A DNA stretch of 32,000 bases from assembly GCF_000014785.1 (NCBI RefSeq), contig NC_008340.1, positions 420,001-452,000 of the forward strand, written 5' to 3'. Shown piece by piece: positions 23,775 to 32,000 of this stretch. The notes under the pieces are model-generated. The model did not search any database, was not told where the DNA came from, and was given only the letters and a program-made list of their open reading frames with translations. The position numbers and the translations under genes were made by a program. How positions within the stretch are numbered: the stretch's first letter is position 1; the number at the start of each line of letters is the position of its first letter. Source of the stretch: Alkalilimnicola ehrlichii MLHE-1. Lineage in GTDB: Bacteria > Pseudomonadota > Gammaproteobacteria > Nitrococcales > Halorhodospiraceae.

Positions 23775-25292
23775 ATGGGGGGATTGCACGCCCTGGGCCG
23801 CCACCCGCGGCTGGCCGCCCTGCTGGCTCTGGTGGCCGGCGCCGCCCTGCCACTGGCCTTCGCGCCGCTGGGCTGGTGGCCGCTGGCGCTGCTCTCGCCG
23901 GTGGTGCTCTTTCTGCTGGCGGCGGAGCTCCCGGCCCGCGCGGCCCGCTGGGCCGCCTGGTGCTACGGCATCGGCTATTTCGGCGCCGGGGTCTCCTGGG
24001 TCTATGTCAGCATCCACCAGTTCGGCGGCGCGCCGCCGCTGCTGGCGGGCCTTACCACCGCCGCCTTCGTCCTCGCCCTGGCGCTGTTCCCGGTCCTGCT
24101 GGTGGAGTCGGCCCGCCGGCTGGCCCGGCCCGGCGGGGCCGCCCACCTGTGGCTGGCGCTGCCCGCCGTGTGGGTGGCCCTGGAATGGCTGCGGGGCTGG
24201 CTGTTCACCGGCTTCCCCTGGTTGCTGTTGGGGTACAGCCAGTTGGACACCCCCTGGGTGGGTTGGGCGCCGGTGTTCGGCGTGCTGGGGATGAGCGCCT
24301 GGCTGGCGCTGCTGGCCGGCGGCCTGGCCTGCGCCCTGCGCCGGCCGCAGTCGCCCCGGCACTGGGGGGTGGTGGCCGGCCTGGCGGTCGCCTTCGGCGT
24401 CGGCGGTTGGGCGCTGGACCGGGAGTGGACCGCGCCGGCGGGTGAGCCGCTGCGGGTGGCCATGGTCCAGGGCAACATGGGCCAGGACATCAAGTGGCTG
24501 CCGGAGTATCTGGTGCCCACCCTGGAGCGTTACCGCGACCGCACCCTGCCCCACGCCGGGGTGGCGGACGTGGTGATCTGGCCCGAGACCGCCGTGCCGG
24601 CCTTTCTCCACCAGGTGGACGAGGACTGGCTGTCACCCCTGGCCGACGCGCTGCGTGCCCAGGGCACCGAGCTGGTGGTGGGGCTGCCCGTCTACGCGTC
24701 CGACCGCGACGCCATTTACAACAGCCTGGTGGCCTTTGGCGAGACGCGGCAGGCCTACCATAAGCACCATCTGGTGCCCTTTGGGGAGTACGTGCCGCTG
24801 CGCGATTGGCTGGGCGGCACCCTCGATGTGCTGGGGGCACCGCTGGCCGATTTCACCCGCGGGCCGCGCCCGGTGCCCCTGACGGTGCAGGGTCAGCCCG
24901 TGGGGGTGGCCATCTGCTACGAGGTGGTCTATGGCGCCACCATCGCCCGGTTGGCCCGGGAGTCGCGCTGGCTGGTCAATGTCTCCAACGACGCCTGGTT
25001 CGGCCAGTCCCTGGCCCCGCACCAGCATTTGCAAAAGGCGCGTTGGCGGGCGCGTGAGGTGGAGCGGCCCATGGTCCGGGCCACCAACACCGGGATCTCG
25101 GCCTTCATCGACCACGACGGCGGGGTGGCGGAGCGCCTGCCCCGCCTGGCGCTGGCCGACGCCGCCCAGCCGGTCCAGGGCCGGGACGGCCTCACCCCCT
25201 ACGCCCGCTGGCTCAACGGGCCGGTGGTGGGGCTGGTACTGCTGGTGATGGCCGGCCTCGCCGGATGGCGCTGGTGGCGCCGCCCGGGCTGA
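23775..25292 (+). CDS. lnt: Apolipoprotein N-acyltransferase
   Basis: 505 aa. It has an N-terminal polytopic membrane region and a C-terminal nitrilase-fold domain (VIWPETA, ICYEVVY, NDAWFG). Confidence 0.92.
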   Translation: MGGLHALGRHPRLAALLALVAGAALPLAFAPLGWWPLALLSPVVLFLLAAELPARAARWAAWCYGIGYFGAGVSWVYVSIHQFGGAPPLLAGLTTAAFVLALALFPVLLVESARRLARPGGAAHLWLALPAVWVALEWLRGWLFTGFPWLLLGYSQLDTPWVGWAPVFGVLGMSAWLALLAGGLACALRRPQSPRHWGVVAGLAVAFGVGGWALDREWTAPAGEPLRVAMVQGNMGQDIKWLPEYLVPTLERYRDRTLPHAGVADVVIWPETAVPAFLHQVDEDWLSPLADALRAQGTELVVGLPVYASDRDAIYNSLVAFGETRQAYHKHHLVPFGEYVPLRDWLGGTLDVLGAPLADFTRGPRPVPLTVQGQPVGVAICYEVVYGATIARLARESRWLVNVSNDAWFGQSLAPHQHLQKARWRAREVERPMVRATNTGISAFIDHDGGVAERLPRLALADAAQPVQGRDGLTPYARWLNGPVVGLVLLVMAGLAGWRWWRRPG

Positions 25293-25335
25293 GGCGGTGT
25301 CCGGGGCGGCCGGCGCGGTGGCCGGCCGGGTGGGG

Positions 25336-25887
25336 TCAGTTCGCGTTCTTCTCCTCCTCCTGCTCCTCTTGGTCCCAGCCGGTGCGGCGCACAAAGCGTG
25401 TGCCGTGACAGGCCGGGCAGGGGGGGACGTGGCCCGTCTGGCTGAAAGTCATGTTGCGCCCGCATTCCTGGCATTCGAGCACCCCGGGGCCGGTGATCTC
25501 CCCGGTGCGGTATTCCTCGCGCACGTGGCCGGTGCGCTGGAACTCCAGCCACTCCACCCGGGTGCGGTCGGCCACCGAGGAGAAGGCGTCCCAGAGCCAG
25601 TTCTCCAGCAGTTGCAGGTCCATCTGGAACCAGCCGCGCAGGTCGCGCTCGTCGGTGTGGGCCAGGAAGCGCCCGGCCTCCTCCACGTCGCGGCGCAGGT
25701 ACTCGGCAATGTTCTCCGCCTCGTCGCGGGTGAGCTCGCCCAGTTCCACCGCCTGCTCCTTGGCCCATTGGAGCGCATCGGCCACGCTGTGCCGGTCACC
25801 CTTGATGCGCTCGCGGATGCGATCCAGCATGCGATCGTAGCCGCGCAGCAGGTGCTGTTGCTCTTCTTTTTTCTGTTCGTCGTTCAT
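25336..25887 (-). CDS. Zinc-ribbon protein, YbeL-like (DUF1451 type)
   Basis: The start is placed at ATG 25887 (GGAG 7 nt upstream). It has a helical N-terminus and then CQECG...CPACHG, a four-Cys ribbon. Its position next to leuS is the same as E. coli ybeL. The upstream 58 codons of the track ORF are unsupported. Confidence 0.7.
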   Translation of the reverse strand: MNDEQKKEEQQHLLRGYDRMLDRIRERIKGDRHSVADALQWAKEQAVELGELTRDEAENIAEYLRRDVEEAGRFLAHTDERDLRGWFQMDLQLLENWLWDAFSSVADRTRVEWLEFQRTGHVREEYRTGEITGPGVLECQECGRNMTFSQTGHVPPCPACHGTRFVRRTGWDQEEQEEEKNAN

Positions 25888-26053
25888 GGCCGCGCTCCGT
25901 TGTCTGGCTCGTTCACCCCATTTAAACGCGTGTGGCCCGGCTTGGCCAGCCGCCGGGCGGCTCGGTGGAGTGTCGCCGCCCCCTGCGGTATCCTTGCGGG
26001 TTTCCCGGGGCGCGCCGCCGCGCCCGCAACCCGCCAACCGTTCAACGTGATAA

Positions 26054-28654
<2,601 letters not shown>

Positions 28655-28690
28655 CCCGCCGGCGCCGCGGCGCCACGCCACCACCGACCC

Positions 28691-29251
28691 ATGCCCATGG
28701 GGGGAAGGAGAATGAACCGCCCGGCAACGCTTGGAATGGCCCTGCTGCTGGCCCTGCTGCTCAGCGCCTGCGGCTGGCAACTGCGCGGCGTTGGCGGCGG
28801 TGCCGCCGGTCTTGATGGCACCGCGGTCTACGTGGCCGGCAGCCCGGCGCGGGCGTTGCAGGACGCCGTGGACGAGGGCCTGTCGGTGAGCGGCGCGCGG
28901 CAGGTGGATAGCGCGGAGGCCGCCGACCTGGTGCTGCGCATCGTCGGCGACGCCCGCGAGCGGCGGACCCTGACCGTGGACCGCGATATCCGCGCGCGGG
29001 AGTACGAACTGCGTTACCGCCTGACCTTCGAACTGGACAACGCCGACGGCGAACACCTGCTGGCACGCAGCCAGGTCAACGCCGTCCGCGGCTTCCGCGC
29101 CGATCGGGACGACCCGGTGGGCACCGAGGGGCGTGAGGAGGAGTTGCTCATCGACCTGCGCCGGGACGCCGTGCGCCTGATGCTGCTGCAGGTCGCGGCC
29201 CACCGGGACGCCGAGCCGATCACCGACGACAACGCCGCAGCGGCGGACTGA
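28691..29251 (+). CDS. lptE: LPS-assembly lipoprotein LptE; start uncertain (28691, 28697 or 28712)
   Basis: The signal peptide has the lipobox LLLSAC followed by GWQLRG, as in LptE/RlpB. It sits in the conserved leuS-lptE-holA order. Confidence 0.85.
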   Translation: MPMGGRRMNRPATLGMALLLALLLSACGWQLRGVGGGAAGLDGTAVYVAGSPARALQDAVDEGLSVSGARQVDSAEAADLVLRIVGDARERRTLTVDRDIRAREYELRYRLTFELDNADGEHLLARSQVNAVRGFRADRDDPVGTEGREEELLIDLRRDAVRLMLLQVAAHRDAEPITDDNAAAAD

Positions 29252-29253
29252 CC

Positions 29254-30270
29254 GTGCAGATCAAACCCCACGACATCGCCCGCCACCTCGAGCGCGACCT
29301 GCTGCCCGCCTACCTGGTGGCCGGCGATGAGCCGCTGCTCATCCAGGAGAGTGTGGACGCCATCCGCGCCACGGCCCGGGCGCAGGGCTACGACGAGCGC
29401 GAGGTGCTGGAGGTGGAGCCCGGCTTCGAGTGGGAGCGGCTGCACCACGCTGCCGGCAACCTCTCGTTGTTCTCCGAGCGGCGGCTGATCGAACTGCGCC
29501 TGCCCGACGGCAAGCCCGGCAGCCAGGGCGCCAAGGCCATCCAGGGCTACTGCCGGCAGGCGCCGCCCGACACCCTGCTGCTGGTGATCAGCGGCCGGTT
29601 GCCCGGAAAGACGCGGCAGAGCGCCTGGGTGAAGGCCCTGGAGGGGTTGGGGGCGATGGTGTACTGCTGGCCCGTGGGCGGGCATGAGTTCCCCGGCTGG
29701 CTGCGCCGGCGGCTTCAGGCCCACGGCCTGCAGCCCAGTGACGACGCCGTGGACCTTCTGGTGGCGCGCTCCGAGGGCAATCTGCTGGCCGCCAACCAGG
29801 AGATCGAAAAGCTGGCCCTGCTGCACGGCAGCGGTCCGTTGGATGGCGATACCGCCGCCGCTGCGGTGGCGGACAGCGCCCGCTATGAGCTCAACGACCT
29901 GGGTGACGCCATGCTGGCGGGCGAGCGCGGCCGCGCTTACCACGTGCTGCAGGGCTTGCGCGAGGAGGGCACGGCGGCCCCGCTGGTCCTCTGGGCCCTG
30001 GCCCGGGACCTGCGGGCGGTGGCCGACCTGCGCTGCAAGCGCCCGCCGCGACCGGAGTGGGAGCGCTTCCTGCGGGCCCACGGTGTCTTCAAACCGCGGG
30101 TGCCGCGGGTGGTGGGCGCCGCCCGGCGGGGCCGGCGCGAGGACTGGCTGCACCTGCTGGCCCGCTGTGCCGGCGTGGACCGCACCGTCAAGGGGGTCGG
30201 CGAGGGCCGGCCCTGGGATGAACTGGCCCGGCTGGTGGACGCCGCCGCCCGCCTGGCCGCGGCGGGATGA
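29254..30270 (+). CDS. holA: DNA polymerase III subunit delta
   Basis: GTG start 2 nt after the lptE stop. 338 aa. It has PAYLVAGDEPLL, LFSERRLIELR and the NLLAANQEIEKLAL pattern of HolA. Confidence 0.88.
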   Translation: MQIKPHDIARHLERDLLPAYLVAGDEPLLIQESVDAIRATARAQGYDEREVLEVEPGFEWERLHHAAGNLSLFSERRLIELRLPDGKPGSQGAKAIQGYCRQAPPDTLLLVISGRLPGKTRQSAWVKALEGLGAMVYCWPVGGHEFPGWLRRRLQAHGLQPSDDAVDLLVARSEGNLLAANQEIEKLALLHGSGPLDGDTAAAAVADSARYELNDLGDAMLAGERGRAYHVLQGLREEGTAAPLVLWALARDLRAVADLRCKRPPRPEWERFLRAHGVFKPRVPRVVGAARRGRREDWLHLLARCAGVDRTVKGVGEGRPWDELARLVDAAARLAAAG

Positions 30271-30343
30271 GTCTGGCCCGCACAGCATATAAACTACCCG
30301 GTAGGTACCGTCACCCCAAGCCAACAGGACGAACCTCAGCCTC

Positions 30344-31606
30344 ATGACCGAAGACATCCGTGCTTACATGCAGACCCTGGGCCGGCAGGCCCGCGAGGCC
30401 GCTCGCGAGATGGCTCGTGCCGACACCGGCCACAAGAACGCCGCGCTCCATGCCATGGCGGACGCCCTGGAGGAGCACGCCGGTGATCTCAAGCGCGCCA
30501 ACGCCGACGACCTGGAGAACGGCCGCGCCAACAACCTGGACCCGGCCCTGCTGGACCGCCTGGAGTTGAACGATGAGCGCATCCACGGCATGGCCGAGGG
30601 GCTGCGCCAGATCGCCGCGTTGCCTGATCCGGTGGGGGCCATCCGTGATCTGGCCTTCCGCCCCTCCGGCATTCAGGTGGGCCGGATGCGGGTGCCGCTG
30701 GGGGTCATCGGCATTATCTACGAATCGCGCCCCAATGTGACCGCCGACGCCGCCGCCCTCTGCCTGAAGAGCGGCAATGCCGCGATCCTGCGCGGCGGTT
30801 CCGAGGCCCGCCACTCCAACGCCGCCATCGCCGCCTGCGTGCGCGCCGGGCTGAAGCGCGCCGGGCTGCCCGGAGAGGCCGTGCAGGTGGTGGAGACCAC
30901 CGACCGGGCCGCCGTCGGCGAGCTGATCCGCATGGACGAGTACGTGGACGTGCTGGTGCCGCGCGGGGGCAAGGGCCTGATTGAGCGGATCACCGCCGAG
31001 GCCACCGTACCGGTGATCAAGCACCTGGACGGGATCTGCCACGTCTACATCGACGACTCCGCCGACCCGGCGAAGGCCATCAGCGTGGCCTACAACGCCA
31101 AGACCCAGCGGCTGGGGACCTGCAACACCATGGAGACCCTGCTGGTGGCCGAGGCCATCGCCGAGCGGGTGCTGCCCGAATTGGCCCGCCGCTACCGCGA
31201 GTCGGAGGTGGAGCTGCGCGGCTGTGAGGCCACCCGCCGGCTGATCCCGGATGCGGTGCCGGCCACCAAGGAGGACTGGTCCACCGAGTACCTGGACGCC
31301 ATCGTCTCCATCCGCATCGTGCCCGGCCTCGATGAGGCCATCGAGCATATCGCCCGGCACAGCTCCGGCCACACCGAGAGCATCCTCACCGAGGACTGGT
31401 CCCGGGCCCGGCGGTTCCTGCGCGAGGTGGACTCCAGCTCGGTGATGGTCAACGCCTCCACCCGTTTCGCCGATGGCTTCGAGTACGGCCTGGGGGCGGA
31501 GATCGGGATCAGCACCGACAAGCTGCACGCCCGCGGCCCGGTCGGTCTTGAGGGGCTGACCACCGAGAAGTTCATCGTGCTCGGCGACGGCCACATCCGC
31601 GAATAG
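30344..31606 (+). CDS. proA: Glutamate-5-semialdehyde dehydrogenase (gamma-glutamyl phosphate reductase)
   Basis: 420 aa. It has [14 protein letters not shown], the catalytic region CNTMETLLV and SGHTESI. Confidence 0.95.
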   Translation: MTEDIRAYMQTLGRQAREAAREMARADTGHKNAALHAMADALEEHAGDLKRANADDLENGRANNLDPALLDRLELNDERIHGMAEGLRQIAALPDPVGAIRDLAFRPSGIQVGRMRVPLGVIGIIYESRPNVTADAAALCLKSGNAAILRGGSEARHSNAAIAACVRAGLKRAGLPGEAVQVVETTDRAAVGELIRMDEYVDVLVPRGGKGLIERITAEATVPVIKHLDGICHVYIDDSADPAKAISVAYNAKTQRLGTCNTMETLLVAEAIAERVLPELARRYRESEVELRGCEATRRLIPDAVPATKEDWSTEYLDAIVSIRIVPGLDEAIEHIARHSSGHTESILTEDWSRARRFLREVDSSSVMVNASTRFADGFEYGLGAEIGISTDKLHARGPVGLEGLTTEKFIVLGDGHIRE

Positions 31607-31613
31607 CGCTATC

Positions 31614-32000
31614 GTGACCGAGCCCCGAGCACTGACCGGCCGCACCCCGCTGGGCCTGTTTGGCGGTACCTTCGACCCGGTGCACTACGGCCACCTGCGC
31701 CCGGCGCTGGAGGCCCAGCAGGCGCTGGGCCTGGCCAGCGTCCGCCTGCTGCCCTGCCGGCTTCCGCCCCACCGCGCCCGGCCCGGCCGCGATGCCGGCC
31801 AGCGGCTGGATCTGCTGCGGTTGGGCGCCCGCGAGGTGCCGGGCTTCCGGGTGGACGATCGCGAGCTGCACCGCTCCGGCCCCTCCTACACGGTGGACAC
31901 CCTGCGCCACCTGCGCCAGGAGCAGGGTTCGGCGCGGCCGTTGGTGCTCCTGATGGGGGCGGACAGCCTGGCCGGGCTGGGGCGCTGGCACCGCTGGCGG
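31614..32000 (+). CDS. nadD: Nicotinate-nucleotide adenylyltransferase, N-terminal part (runs off window end)
   Basis: It is an open frame from GTG 31614 and is not in the ORF track because it has no stop in the window. It reads LGLFGGTFDPVHYGHLR (the (H/T)xGH motif), SGPSYTVDTL and LLMGADSL. It follows proA as in many gammaproteobacteria. Confidence 0.85.
   Translation, partial: MTEPRALTGRTPLGLFGGTFDPVHYGHLRPALEAQQALGLASVRLLPCRLPPHRARPGRDAGQRLDLLRLGAREVPGFRVDDRELHRSGPSYTVDTLRHLRQEQGSARPLVLLMGADSLAGLGRWHRWR

Overview
This is a 32-kb segment of a high-GC gammaproteobacterial chromosome (about 70% GC on hand-counted lines). All protein identifications rest on motif recall and gene context, because no database search was possible. 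Two blocks of conserved housekeeping genes flank a ~9.9-kb accessory island at 5851-15747. The left block is nrdR'-ribD-ribE-ribBA-ribH-nusB-thiL plus a SAM methyltransferase (1-5850). The right block (15748-32000) is pgpA, an ABC exporter, ectD(-), a small membrane protein(-), miaB-phoH-ybeY-corC-lnt, a ybeL-like gene(-), and leuS-lptE-holA-proA-nadD'. The island splits the normally contiguous nusB-thiL-pgpA cluster. It is a decayed chromosomal integron. It has an integron-integrase gene on the minus strand, truncated after ~183 codons and fused in frame to a 5'-truncated IS66-family transposase. A LexA-box-like palindrome lies in front of intI, and an attI crossover core GTTAGGC sits at 8829. 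Six co-oriented gene cassettes follow on the plus strand, separated by related attC sites (RYYYAAC...GTTRRRY). In cassettes A-E the first bases are the exact reverse complement of the cassette's own 3' core; in F the match is only approximate. Cassettes A-E are AT-rich (about 38-48% GC). They carry a 91-aa orphan, a small membrane protein, a two-gene CD-NTase(SMODS)+SLATT 2TM module (minimal CBASS-like), a DUF3800 protein with a long N-terminal extension, and a TM-anchored orphan. Cassette F is host-like in GC. It carries a PD-(D/E)xK-like gene split by an IS1634-family insertion sequence, and its reading frame can be reconstructed exactly. A second, internally deleted IS66 relic in inverted orientation and unassignable debris lie at the island's left edge. 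No rRNA, tRNA or CRISPR array was seen. The many long antisense ORFs in the track are high-GC artefacts.
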